Assembly: GCA_001179505.1 (NCBI GenBank)
Contig: CDMY01001045.1
Coordinates: 1 to 64,000, forward strand
Direction: 5' to 3'
DNA length: 64,000 bases
DNA from: Vitrella brassicaformis CCMP3155
Lineage: Eukaryota > Protista > Chromerida
The notes below the pieces were generated by a model. It did no database searches. It saw nothing but the letters and a program-made list of their open reading frames with translations, and was not told where the DNA came from. Numbering within the stretch: position 1 is the first letter of the stretch; the number at the start of each line of letters is the position of its first letter. Made by a program: the position numbers and the translations under genes. This document shows positions 25,062 through 37,500 of this stretch, piece by piece.

Positions 25062-27962
25062 TCATCCCTCCCCTCCGTCAGTCGTCCTGATAGGAAGCTG
25101 CCCGCAGTCCTGGATGACCACGGGTGCGGCGAGAACCCGCAGTTCACTCAGCGGCCCATACGCCATCTCCCTCAGAGTGAGCGGCACAGGGGGTGTGGGC
25201 TGAGAGTGTCGGTCGTCGGTCATGAGGGAGATGGCCTCCAGGTAGCTGACCTCCAGCATTTCAGGGATGAACCCAACCACCGTGTCGAATTGCTGCGCCG
25301 TGGTGGTCGAGGATACGGTTATCATGAACCGACCACCTGAATGAATCAATCAAACACAACACTCACACACAAAACTCACATACAGTCTGCATTCTGACCG
25401 TGTTCTCGATAGCTCTGAATGCCTTTTTTCGTGCTGGCCCCCTCCCCGGTGAGCAGCACCATGCCCGGCCGGCGGGCGGCGATGAGGGAGCGATGGTGGT
25501 CCCACTTGCTGTGGTTGGGGCCGTGGATGCTGTCGCTCATGGCCGTCAGCCTGTCGCCCTCGCGATGGTAGCCGCCAAACACGTCGACGCCTCTGATTGA
25601 GTAGGGGATGAAGGCACCTGATGGATGGATGGAGCACGAAGAGAGATGAGTCTTTTTGCAGTTACTACAGTTAGTCACCTTTGTAGTGCAGCGGGTATCC
25701 CGACGCGCCGACGCCCTTATCCCCGGTGCAGTAGCACCTGAAGGAAATGAAGCCCAGCAACCGATCCACTCATCCGTCCATCGATGCATGGATGGCACAC
25801 ACGGCATAGTGCCACCTGAAGTTCTCGGCCGCCTTGGGGTTGACTTCGGTGAGGAGATGGATGACGATGCGCCTCACCATCGGGGGCGACCGGCTCTTCG
25901 GTATGCGGATGAAAAGGTCAAAGAAGACCCTCGGATGCTGAACAACGAAACGAATAATAGGGCACACGAAGGCGACTCTCCCTCCCTCCCTCCCTCTCTC
26001 CGTGTGTATGAGTTGTTGGGGTATGTTTTTGAGTCTGTGGGGTTCTTGCCTTTGGTTTGGGGCTGTTGTCGACCTTTTGGGCACATTCGAAGCCCTCCTT
26101 CAGGTGCTCTATTAGCTTGGCGCACTCTTCCTTCAACTGATCACACAACATCCGCACACACGTGCTGGCTGCCGATGGGCGTCACTCTCCCATTCGGCTC
26201 ACCACTTTCTCTGGGCTCTGCTTGACTTTGAAGCAGATGGTTTTCCAGAGGTCGGTGGTCTCCTGACGTTACACGACACACGCAGACAGAGATCAAAGGC
26301 CACTTGACTTGTTGACATGGGTGCATTTCTGCCGGCTGACCTTCAGCAGCTTGCCCCAGTGGGTGTAGTCGACGTGCATCGCCAAGTGCATGTCGAGCTG
26401 ATACACCGCAGCCAAGAGATTGGTAGTGTCCTGCAAAACCGCACACACCACACACACACGCCAGACATCAATCCAATCGCTCAGCCAGCCAACGCACCGA
26501 TCGATACCCTGCCCACATTGATGGCGAGTGCGCTCTTTATGGATCTCTCGAGCTCCCTCAGCCGCTTGACAGTCTCGCTAAGGTCGTTGGCCTGGCGCAT
26601 CTCCTCGGCCAGCCGATCGAGCACTGCCTGCTCCTCCCTCAGGACCTCTGAATCGTCGACAGACGGCAGACACGCATCACCTGACGAGACAGAAGCCAAC
26701 ACACGCAGACAGACAGGCGTGTCGCCTTTCGGAACTGCAGCAGAGATCATGTGAGCGTACTCAGTGCTTTGTTAGTGGCGTTAAGCATGTCATCGATGGG
26801 TTTGGGCTCGGCCGTTTTGAGCCTGTCGACGCTGCGCATGATCTCAGCCACGATGTCCCTCTGCAGTCGGCTCAGCTGCTGCTCCACCAGCACACTCTTG
26901 TCGATGGCCTTGCCCTTGCTCTGCACAGCACATCCATGCGACACGTCACCATACCAGGCTCGCTCCTCTCCTTGGTGCTTTACTGACCTTTAGTTTGGCC
27001 ATGTCCTGGTCGGCCTTCGCGTCAAGGGCCGTCGCGAGGAATGATGATTTGCCTCTCAGAGCCCGCCGCACCAACTCGAGCACCCAGGACTCATCAGGCG
27101 AGGGCACCAGGTGGCCGCCCGTCGCATGACGCACAAAGCGGGGCCACCGCGCCTCCGGCAGCACTACCAGAAAGTCGTGTAGCCAATCCAAAAGGTCGCC
27201 TTGCGCCGATAGCGCCATCCCGCTGAGTGTCTTGGTCGCAACGGTGCGCAGGGCGGACAGGAGCGTGAAAATGGCCGTGGGAATGACGGGCACGCCTTCG
27301 GGCAGAACGTAGAGCTGCGCATCGGACGAGGAGTATCCGAACGTCACGAAGCGCACGGCCGAGATCCCCTGCCGCTGCAGCTCGCGGATGGTGGCACTGG
27401 CGACAGGAAAGACGACGCGGTGGACTTCGTCGAAGGACGGCTGGGGCGATAAACCAGAGGGCAGGAAGCTGAGGCCCGAACACTCTGAGGGCCCACTGTC
27501 TCCTCCAAATGTCGCATGGACCGCAACGACAGAAACGTCAGCGCCAAAAAGCCGGCATATGGGATCAATCGCGATGAAGAGGTCCACTTCGCCTGGCTGA
27601 GGTCCACCGATCTCGCCACTCATATTAGCTTCAGCTTCAGCAGATGCCGACTGGGTGGTCGCCACGCCAGCCAGGCACTTGCTGATGGCCACCCTCTCCC
27701 GCTCCAGCTGACACGTGTGGAAGTCCGCCATGTCCATAAAGCCGATAAACAGCCGGGCGGCGTTGGTGTTGGCGAAGGCCGGCCTCACTATGGCGCGGAA
27801 GAGCTCACAAGGCTCCCGATGAGTCTCTTCGTCCTCCCGAAGGCATCTCGTCGAGCAGTAGAGCATCTCGCCGCAGACTTGGCATGCGACTCGCCGGCCG
27901 AGAGAGCCGCACCTGAGGCACTTGAGAGCAGCGGCGGCATGAGTCATTGGCGCGTCCGACAT
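25062..27962 (-). CDS. MYND-type zinc finger plus helical region plus divergent cyclophilin-like domain, paralog B
   Basis: Same exon order as paralog A, with long near-identical DNA blocks. Motifs: HLLTEVNPKAAENFR, GAFIPYSIRGVDVFGG...SIHG, GRFMITV...TVVGFI and VVIQDCGQL. Confidence 0.72.
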
Positions 27963-28458
27963 CGGTGAGAAGGCGGCGTCGCGACAAATGTCAAGATAGA
28001 GCGCTCATCGAGGGTAGAAAGGCATAGATCTGCAGCGAGTGTAGACTTCGCAAGCGCTCGGTGTTCCGCTCTGGCCGTCGGCCCTGACGAGTGCACTCGA
28101 AACCCTGCACCCTGCGAAACCCCCAAACCCATCCAAGTGCAGGAATTGCCTCCTTGCAATGATGATCAGGCAGGCAGGACGTAAGTGAATCATATGCCTG
28201 GCCGCAGCCTTGCCATGGCGGAAAAAATAAAATTCTGTCCGGCGGGGTGTTGTTATCTATCAGAAAGGCCATGTGCGTCCGTCGCGACACGTGTACACCT
28301 CACTTGCACGAGAGAGAGAGAAGCGATCTATCATTCCCACCCACACGACTCTCACGCACACATGGGCCTGGCCCAGCCAATCAAAGTCTGGTCTACACGA
28401 CGCACAGAACGATGCACACCGTTCATTCATTCACGGCCTAGCGATGATATCCGTCTCT

Positions 28459-29910
28459 CTATCGCCAGCTGCAGCTACTCACTGTCAGCATCAGACCTAC
28501 GACACTCAGCACACCCCTTGTCCCCCGCCCATACCCTCTCCCACTGTCGCAGCACGGCAGACTCTTTACCACGCCGTCACCCCGACACGTCTTAGGGATA
28601 AGCCCCTCCTTCAGCGCAGCAGGGGCACGCCAGCCGCCCGTCTGCCAGCCTCTCACACCAGCAGCATCCCTCCTCACCCCCCACGCACACTTGTCGCTCC
28701 CCACACCATCGCTGTTCTGCGCCCCGTTGAGCGTTGCCCGTGAAGGCAGCGGTGCCACTCCATGGCTGCTCGGAGAGTCGTCTTGTCCATGGCTGTCGCC
28801 TTCATCGTCTCCGTCATAGCGCTGGTCGTCGTGCTGGTGGGCCACCATGAGGCCCTCAACGTCCCTCGCAGCGAGTGGAGGATACTCGAGTGGCCACCGG
28901 TTGTACCCAATCAAACCGACCATCAACAGAACAAACCCCAGCAGGTAGAGAAGAGAGAAGCGATCGCCGAAGAGGGCGAAAGACGCCAGCACCACAAACA
29001 CGTCGCTGCTGAGCAGGGAGAGGTTGAAGAATGCGGCGCCGCCCTTGGTTAATACAAGAGGGGTGCACAAGTACATGGCAGCCACCGAGCCCACAGCGCC
29101 GATGAAGTAGGCCAGCGACGGGGCACTGAACGGCGCCCGCAGCTCGTGACGAGCGAAGATGAGCAGCTCGCCTGACGCCAGCAGGGCGGCGATGGACGCG
29201 ATCCGTCTAAGCAGGCGGCACTGTGGCACGCCGCGCCTCAACAGATACTCCGAGCCGACATTGCTGCACGAGTAGAAGAGCGACGCCAGCAGGCACAGGA
29301 GGTCTCCCAGCGTGCGGCTCCACCAGCCGCCGTCGCCCGACGGCAGAATGCCGGGATGAGGGCGGTGCGGCCCGAGTAGCACGGACGCACCTGGAGAGGC
29401 AGGCGTCCTACTGCTCCTCTCCTGGTCACTCGCTGAATTGGCGGCGTCCGAGTAGACGATGAGCGCAAAGCCGAGCAGACAAACAGCGACAAAGAGGTAG
29501 TGCTGCCACCTGTATTTGACGCTAAGGACGGCCCGCGAGATGAGCACCACAAGCGGGATCGTGAAGCAATCCAGTAGAATGACACTGGCGGCCGACGTGA
29601 GCGATAGCGCCACCACAGACAGGAGATTGCCGTGCACGTCGCAAAATGCCACGAAGGCAAAGTAGGTCCACGGGATGGCGTGGAGGCTGCGCTCGTCACG
29701 CGAGGCGCCGCCTTCATCGAGCCGCACGTCGCAGCAGCCGAGAAGGGACGCGGCGGCTGCAACCAGTAAATAGATGCACCCATACTGAAACAACGGGAGC
29801 GGCCCGACATCAGTCAGCTGGTAGAGCTTGGTAAAGACCGTGGATGTGGCAACGAAGATGCTGACAAGCTGCCCCAAGGCCACGACGCCGACTGTAGGAA
29901 GGCGCGTCAT
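28459..29910 (-). CDS. SLC35F1/F2-family (DUF914, DMT superfamily) transporter, intronless
   Basis: 483-aa ORF with about 10 TM helices and family motifs LGQLVS, PLFQ, CDVHGN, TSAASVILLDCFTIP, KYRWQHY, GDLLCLLASLFYSCSNV and FFNLSLLSSD. Confidence 0.88.
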   Translation of the reverse strand: MTRLPTVGVVALGQLVSIFVATSTVFTKLYQLTDVGPLPLFQYGCIYLLVAAAASLLGCCDVRLDEGGASRDERSLHAIPWTYFAFVAFCDVHGNLLSVVALSLTSAASVILLDCFTIPLVVLISRAVLSVKYRWQHYLFVAVCLLGFALIVYSDAANSASDQERSSRTPASPGASVLLGPHRPHPGILPSGDGGWWSRTLGDLLCLLASLFYSCSNVGSEYLLRRGVPQCRLLRRIASIAALLASGELLIFARHELRAPFSAPSLAYFIGAVGSVAAMYLCTPLVLTKGGAAFFNLSLLSSDVFVVLASFALFGDRFSLLYLLGFVLLMVGLIGYNRWPLEYPPLAARDVEGLMVAHQHDDQRYDGDDEGDSHGQDDSPSSHGVAPLPSRATLNGAQNSDGVGSDKCAWGVRRDAAGVRGWQTGGWRAPAALKEGLIPKTCRGDGVVKSLPCCDSGRGYGRGTRGVLSVVGLMLTVSSCSWR

Positions 29911-30243
29911 TGGTCATCAACCAACCGGCACACGGAAACAGTTTCTGCAGCGCACAGGTACAGCCACGTGAATGCAATAGGGAATGAGTGAGAATGCCAT
30001 GTGTTTGTCTGCATACGACTGCATACCTGTCGCTTCAATTCAATCGCTCAGGTTCGCTCCGTATCGTGATGTGTGTGGAAGGACACCATTCAGAAGCCAC
30101 AGATCACGATCACATTCAACTTGGGGACGGCAAAACTTCTGGTCGAGTCCAAGCTCGCACGGAAGGAAACGCTGCAGGAAACCGCTCCTGCGAGGAGGAG
30201 GAAGAAGGAGGTCTGCTTGGAGAGGTTGCGAGTGAGCATCATT

Positions 30244-30621
30244 ATGTCCAAGCCCATCGATTACTCCGAGTGGGATCATCTTGATGACAGCAGCGATGAA
30301 GACGATGAAGCACCACCTTCCCCTGGGGCTCTCGCGGCTGCCTTGTCCGGCATGGACATCACACCTTTCCCATCTACATCCACAAGTGCCGCGGAGCGTC
30401 CTGCGTCTGTTTCGGCATCGTCCTCTCGCGTCAAAGGAGGATATGGTGTTGGCCGGGTCGAGCAATGGATTCGGGCGCGGCTGTCAGTGTGCCTGGCTCG
30501 TTCGGTGTCTGCGTGTCTGCGGCGGCCCAGGAGGAAGGGCCGGTGGCATTGGTTGTATCAGAGGGGGCGTTGGGGTGATGGGGCAGGGATGTTCGTGCCT
30601 GGGGAGCCTCTCATTTTCTGA
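30244..30621 (+). CDS. Truncated or divergent paralog of the 22798 gene (Cdc37-like N-motif, no MYND finger); may splice to exons at 30940+
   Basis: MSKPIDYSEWDHLDDSSDEDDE...ALAAALSGM...PSTSTSAA aligns with the first ~60 aa of the 22798 gene, then similarity stops. Confidence 0.5.
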   Translation: MSKPIDYSEWDHLDDSSDEDDEAPPSPGALAAALSGMDITPFPSTSTSAAERPASVSASSSRVKGGYGVGRVEQWIRARLSVCLARSVSACLRRPRRKGRWHWLYQRGRWGDGAGMFVPGEPLIF

Positions 30622-31013
30622 GGGTGCCCCCCTGTGAGTAGGCGTGTGGGGATAGTGTGTGTTGATTGGCCTGGTTGCTTGTCAGTCTGGTTGGTAGTCT
30701 GTCTGCCTATCTGTCTGTCAGTCCGCATGTCTGTCCACTGCATTCGCGTGTGCTGCTCATGAGCATTGTTTGTCCATTTGAGTGTCTGTAGCTCGTTATC
30801 ATTGCATTGCGATCGACTGTTCATGTTTGTCCGTGCCGTGGACCAACGCGTGTGTGGCCCCCGGCGCATCGTTACACATCAATCAATGATGGTAAGCGGC
30901 TGCCTCTGATGCACAGATGCATGTCTCATCCATTTGCAGGTCATCGGCCCCTCTTGGAAAGCCAAAGGCATCACGACCGGCATTTTGATGGCCAGATACC
31001 CCGTCGTCGGTGC

Positions 31014-31733
31014 ATGAATGTGTCACTCAGGCGCCCCGAGCTCATGGAGAAGGGAACGACACAGGCCATCTTGCGACCTTATGTCATCGCCAACTACGCC
31101 GGCCCGGGCGTCGAGGGGAAGACCATCAGCAAGGCCATGCAGCGCGAGTTCCAGGTCTCTGAAGACGCCCGCGGAAATGTCAGGGTCTTGATCACCAACA
31201 GTGCCAGAGAAGAGGTGCGGCCGGTCGCGACAGTGCAGCTGTGGCTCGCGAGACACGGGTGGCTGATATTGCACCCCGATAGTGACGATGCCAAGGAGAT
31301 CCTCGCTGAGATGAAGAGAGAGCTAGAGAGAGAGAGAGAAGCAGAGGGCGTTGGCACAGACACACGAGGATGAGGAAATGTCATCGGCAGAGGGAGAGGG
31401 AGGCGATGACACTGATGAGGACATGTCCCCTCCGGAGGGAGAGAAAGGCGATGACGATGAGGTGATGGAGACATCCGAGCCACTGAAAGAGTACATTCGG
31501 GAGGTGCGGATGGGGAACTACGGCTATTACCTCGAGGACATCGAGGTCATAGACCTGGAGAGTCTGTAGCCGTAGAATTTTTATGTCTGTCTGTCTGACG
31601 TTAATTAATGCGTGTGGGTGTGGACGAGTGGTCGGACATTGAGGCCGATGAGGACGACGAGACGATTCCTGACATTTCAGACGACTGGGAGACCTTCTAC
31701 GACGTTGAGGAGCTGAGCAGGCTGACCTCCTGA
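31014..31733 (+). CDS. Hypothetical protein with an acidic C-terminus, frame broken at an (AG)7 repeat
   Basis: ORF ...30807-31373 and ORF 31351-31569 overlap in different frames at (AG)7 31325-31338. A possible last acidic exon (WSDIEADEDDE...RLTS*) ends at 31733. Confidence 0.45.
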
Positions 31734-32462
31734 CCGGTCGAATTCTCTTTTTCTTTCGATGGCTGCCTTTTTTGCTTTTCCTTTTTTCTTTTTCCACAAT
31801 CAATGCTTTTGTTTGTTCGTTTCTCTGTGGGATGCGAAAGCGATTCACATGCAAACACCAAGTGACGATTCGTACGCACCAAAACGTCCGACGCTCACAC
31901 ACGTACCTGGCTCCCCTGTTGCGTTTTGAGCCACGACACAGAAGACGTGCATAAGTCTGCCTCTCTACTGCCTGACTGCCTGCCTACCAGTGTGCCTCCG
32001 CAAATGCATGGCTGCGCTCTGCGACGTCCTCACTACCAATCAAACGAACCAATGGGTGACGGAGAAACACACGCCGTCACCGTACGTACGTTCGCTGCAA
32101 AGTTGTCTCTCGTGACGCCAGGTCTCATGTGGCCAGGCACCCATACACCTGTCCTGTCCACCCCTTCGCATCCATCTCTGCAGCACACGACCTCAGACAG
32201 CCGTGCATCCGCCCCCTCAATGCACCTACACGTACGCAGATGAGACGGCTCGGCCCGAAAAAGAGCGCCACACGCTGTGGCCACAGCGACCAACAAAAGG
32301 CACGCAAACGGCCTGGCCTGTACGCAGACCAGACCCCTTGCACCGCCAGCCCCCCCACTCCTCCATCCACCCGCATGCATACGCACGGACATACGTATAT
32401 GCCATGCCTCCCATCTTGACCAGCTCACATCACATTCTTCCCCACTGCTTGCCTTGCCTCAC

Positions 32463-34140
32463 TCACAGCTCAACCGGGAACGTGACGACCCCCTCCGGCG
32501 GCTTGGGTCTTTCCTCGACCTCGAACGTGGCGGTGGCCTGGACATCAGGAGAGAGAAGAACAATACATCGATACCCACCAGACGGCCGTCTGGTGCAGGC
32601 TGGCTGTGTATGTGTGTGTGTGTGTGTAGTTGCGTACCTCCCCGCCTTTGCTGCTCTTCAGGCCGATCGTCACCTTCTGACCCGCACTGATCGGGCCCAC
32701 ACCCGCTGGCGTGCCTGCAGTGACGGCACAGCAGAGCAGTCCAGCGAACGGACAAGTGTTCCACTGGTGCTGGTTGGCGCTGGTTGGTGCTGGTTGTGTC
32801 TGTGGGTACCTGTGAGGATGATGTCGCCGGCCTGGAGGGTCATTAAGCTGCTGATGTAGGACAGCAGAGTGTCTACCTGCACACACATGCACACCATCAT
32901 GCCAGGTTCATGTCATGCAGCACTCGGTCCCTGCTGTGGCTGGTAGGTGGGTGCACCTGCTGACTGACTGACCTTGAAGACCATGTCCTTGGTGTTGCCC
33001 CTCTGCTTGTCCACCCCATCCACTTGCAGCCACAACTCTGGTTGAGAGCAACAGGACACGACAGGCATAAGGCGCGCATGTCTCTCCCTCCCTCCCTCCC
33101 TCCCTCCCTCCCCGCCACGCCCATCGGTCCGAACGTTTTCCGCCTACCTGTGTCGTCGAGATCGATGTGGTGCGGTGGGATGAGGACAGGTGCGATAGGG
33201 GCGAATCCGTCCTGTATAGAAGTGCGTAGTTATCGACCACTCACTCGCAAGTGCGGATGATGAATCCATGTGATCACGTCAGTCACCTCACCTGCGCCTT
33301 TGACATGACCCACGGTTCGCCCCTCTTCTTCTCGGCCTCCTGCACCGCACGGGCAGTCAGGTCGATCGCCACTCCATAACCTACGACATAGTTAGTGGGA
33401 TGACAGACAGACAGACAGACGGACGGGACGGTCCATGGCACACAGACAGATTCGCGGTGTCCGGCCGGCTGTGTGGCCGGGCGTATGCCCGCGTGTGTGT
33501 ACGTGTGTCCTCCTTCCTTCTCCTCCTCCCCCACCGACCTGCCACTTTCTTGATGGCGTGCGCAGGGGTCGCGTTCTTGCAGTCCTTCTCCATAAACACC
33601 GCAAGCTCCACCTCGTAATGGATCGGACCTGCAGCTCAATGAAACCAAGAGGGGGCGAGCAGCCAGGCCCAGCCACGCACGCACGCGAGGTGAAATCCAG
33701 ACCACACCCCACCCTTGCCTTGCCCAGGTCAGTCAGTGCTTAGGTACCCATGTCGGTGGGGATGTGGATCTTGTCGGGCGGCGTGATGACGCTCGTGCCA
33801 TGCTTCAGAAAGAGCAGGGGCGCCTTGGGCACCTCACCACCTGCATCGCATCATCAATCAATGGGTGAGTCAAGACAAGAGCCCACAAGCCATCCAATTG
33901 AAGTCATCTGTCTGTCTGTCTGAGCCTGTCTGTCTTGCTGAGTGAGTCTGGCTGTCTGCAATGCATACCGAGTTCTTGTGCATGGTCGGCATAGTTTCGC
34001 CCGACGCACACCAGCTTCCGAGTGCCCCTGCTCCCAATCTGCAACGCGGAACAGGTCACAACAATTGCGCTGGAGCCTTCACTTTCATTCAAGGACTCGA
34101 CAGAAGCCAGATCACTTACCTTCACTTGAGCGGCGCCCAT
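32463..34140 (-). CDS. FAHD1: Fumarylacetoacetate hydrolase domain protein, FAHD1-like (acylpyruvase / oxaloacetate decarboxylase-tautomerase family)
   Basis: Exons: KLVCVGRNYADHAQELG, PLLFLKHGTSVI, HYEVELAVFM, VGYGVAIDLTAR...PWVMSK, DGFAPI, LWLQVDG...QRGNTKDMVF and SYISSLMTLQAGDIILTGTPAGVGP. Confidence 0.9.
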
Positions 34141-34170
34141 CGTTGCTACCAACCAAGCCCCAAGAGACCT

Positions 34171-34198
34171 CTAAGCTCGCAGACGTCTGCGAGCTTAG
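34171..34198. promoter_or_regulatory. Perfect 28-bp palindrome CTAAGCTCGCAGACGTCTGCGAGCTTAG (two inverted motif copies)
   Basis: The sequence equals its own reverse complement and lies between the divergent FAHD1 and ACL start codons. Confidence 0.7.
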
Positions 34199-34512
34199 CG
34201 AAAAATCTGGTTCTCCCCCCAGCTGCTCTCGTGCCGTTCTCTGGGGTGCAGAGGGTGCAAGATCTCCGCCTGGTAAAAAAGAGAGCACAGCAACAGACAG
34301 GGTTGCAGATACGGGTGATCCCCGACGTGGTTGGTGTGCTGGGTGCCTCGGTTGTTGCAGATCTGGGTCAGCTGCGTGGCTGCAAGTGCGTCCGTGCTGC
34401 ACGCGTCGAGGAGGTGCGAAACCTCAGGCAGCGGCCATCTGGTCAGGGAGAACAGCACAGTGTGAGCTTCAGATCTCCGCGTCATAGTACATAGCAAAAG
34501 GAGCGTGTGAGG

Positions 34513-37500
34513 ATGGCGCAGAGCATCCGTGAGGAGACTGCCAAGCGGCTGCTGGGCGGGTTGAGCCGCCCCTGTGTGTCGATAAGTGGTTCGACTGACC
34601 TGGAGAGCCTGCCCGACAGCTACCCCTGGCTGCTCACCAGCTCGCTCGTCGTCAAGCCAGACGTCCTGCTCAAGCGGAGAGGCAAGAGCGGCCTCGTCAA
34701 ACTCAACGTCAAGTGGAACGAGGCACGGGACTGGCTCGCGCAGGCCATCGGCAAAGGTACGCCTTTTGGGGCCAGTCGGGCGGCCGGAATGGCGTGTGAC
34801 AATGGTTCCTTCCTGATGCTGTGTGTGTATTGCTTTATGTTGTGTGTGTGTGTGTGCAGAGTTGACGATAGAGGGATTGAGCGGCGAGTTGTCTCACTTC
34901 ATCGTGGAGGAGTTCTTTCCGCATGACGACGCCACCAACGAGTTCTACATCGCCATCCGCACCCTGCAGGAGGGCGACGAGATCCTCTTCTCCCACAGAG
35001 GCGGCATTCACGTCGGCGACGTCGAACAACACGCCAGGAAGCTGCTCGTCGAGATCAACGAGGACGGAGACGTCCCAGACATACCATTCGGCAGCCTCTT
35101 CGACGATGTCAAGGTCAGTGACCCTTTCTCTTTGCACGTGTGTTCCCAACCACCATCTGCCTCTCTCTTTGTGTGTGTGTGTGTCAGGACGCTTTGGCCC
35201 AGGAGGCGCTTCCACGGTTCGTGCAGTCGCTGTACTCGCGTTTCTGCGACCTGCACTTCGCCTTCCTGGAGATCAACCCCTTCTGCTTCGACGCCGCCAC
35301 GTCGTCGTTCGTCATCCTCGACGCAGCGGCCAAACTGGACCACACGGCCGACTTCATCTGCGAGGACAAGTGGGGACACGTCGAGTTCCCCTCACCCTTC
35401 GGCAGAAAATTCACAGACGCCGAGAGATACATCCGGTGGGTCGGGAGCGCCGTGGGCAGGGCAGAGAGAGGGGCAGATAGATAAAGGAAAGGTGCACTAC
35501 ACTACACTACACACTCATACGTACGTGTGGATATATGGGACTGATGTGGTTCGTTCATGATTGGTTCATTCAGTGAGTTGGACTCCAAGACGGGTGCGAG
35601 TTTGAAGCTGACGATCCTGAACCCCAAGGGCCGCATCTGGACGATGATAGCGGGCGGCGGTGCGTCGGTCGTCTACTCAGACACGATATGCGACCTGGGC
35701 CAGGCGCACGAGCTCGCCAACTACGGAGAGTACTCGGGCGCCCCTACCGAGGTCACCACCTACGAGTACGCCAAGACGCTCCTCGGCCTGGTGACCGCAG
35801 AGGACACCTTCAGACCAGAGGGCAAGATACTGCTCATCGGCGGCGGCATCGCCAACTTCACTTCCGTCGCAGCCACATTCACAGGTGGGAGCGGTGCGGT
35901 GGAGTGGGCTGAGGTTGCGTCTGATCTCACGTGCTCTGTCTCTCTGTGTGTGTGTGTGTGTGTGTCGGTGGTACGTACAGGCATCATTCGAGCGATCCGC
36001 GAGATGCAGCAGAGGATCCGGGAGTACAAGGTGCGGATCTACGTGCGTCGCGGCGGCCCCAACTACCAGGACGGGCTGAAGCTCATGCGCGAGCTAGGCG
36101 CCGAGACGGGCCTGCCCATCAAGGTATACGGGCCCGAGACATACATGACCGCCATCATCCCCATCGCACTCGACGAGGACAAAGGCATCTGTAAGCCACC
36201 CGACACACATGGGAGGGAGGGGGGGAGGGGGAGGGAGGGAGGGAGAAAGGGAGCGGCGTGCATTATTCTGTGTCTGGTGGTGGTCGGTGTGTCGATGTGT
36301 GTGTCAGCGTCAGGCGCATCGACGATTCAGTCGAGCATGCGCGTGTCGACGTGGCATGAGATGCGGGTGGGGAAAGACAGAAACGTCGCACGAGTGACGA
36401 GCCGCCGAGATGGGCATTCTATGTTGTGTTTGGTACGTGCGTGTGTGCAGATGGAGGACGTTGAGCATGACGATCAGTTCCAGACAGCCGACATCTCTGC
36501 CACCACACCCAAGAAGAGAGTGAGTGAGATAGATTGACAAAATCACACAGACAGCAACAAATTGCATACATGTGTGTGCCCCCCATGGCCGTGTGCGGCG
36601 CGGTGCGGTGCCAACCAGACCTTCGCCGAGGCCAACGGCACTGCGCCTGCCAGCGAGAAGCGCCGCGTGCTCTTCACCGACAAGACCAGATGCTTTGTCT
36701 GGGGCCTGCAGGTACACACACACACACACACAGAGACAGAGAGAGAGAGTGCTGTCTTATTGCGTTGCCTCTGTGTGTGCAGGAGCGTGCTGTGCAGGAG
36801 ATGATGGATTTCGACCACGTGTGCAACCGGGACAAGCCGTCTGTTGCGGCCATCATCTACGAGTTCTCGGTGCCCCACCTGCGGCCCTTCTACTTCGGAA
36901 CCGACGAGATATTCATCCCCGTCGTCCAGACACTCAAAGACGTAAGCAAGGGCACACATTGACGGTTATGCAGTTGATGGATGACCTCAAGCACGTGCCG
37001 TCCACATGTGTGTGTGTGGTTTGTGTGGTTTGCAGGCGACGGAGAAGTTCCCCGAGGTGGATACGCTCATCAATTTTGCGTCCATGAGATCCGCAGACAA
37101 GGTAAGGTGGGTGACCAGCATTCGGTCACTCATTGCTGAGTGAGAAGCACAGTGTGTCGTCGTTTCGCTCACACACGTGCCCGTCTGTGCTGTCTCTGCT
37201 GTCTCTCTGTCTGTCCTAGGTGACCCGCCTTGCAATGGATTTCCCCCAGGTCAAGACCATCGCCATCATCGCCGAGGGCGTGCCCGAGAGGAAAACCCGC
37301 GAGCTACTCGTCACCGCCAGAAGAAGGGTAGCAACACAACCACAACACACCACACGAAACACCCACGCAGTGGATGACGCTCCCTTGGTCCCTCCCTCCC
37401 TCCTTGTTTTTGTGTGTGTGTATATATTTAGAACATCACGATAATCGGTCCTGCGACTGTGGGTGGGATCAAGCCGGGTTGTTTCCGCATCGGCAACACG

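Noticed and set aside
31745-31792. T-rich tract as a possible retroposon poly(A) remnant
   Set aside because: It is interrupted, with no TSD or adjacent retro-element sequence, and is more likely a 3' UTR.
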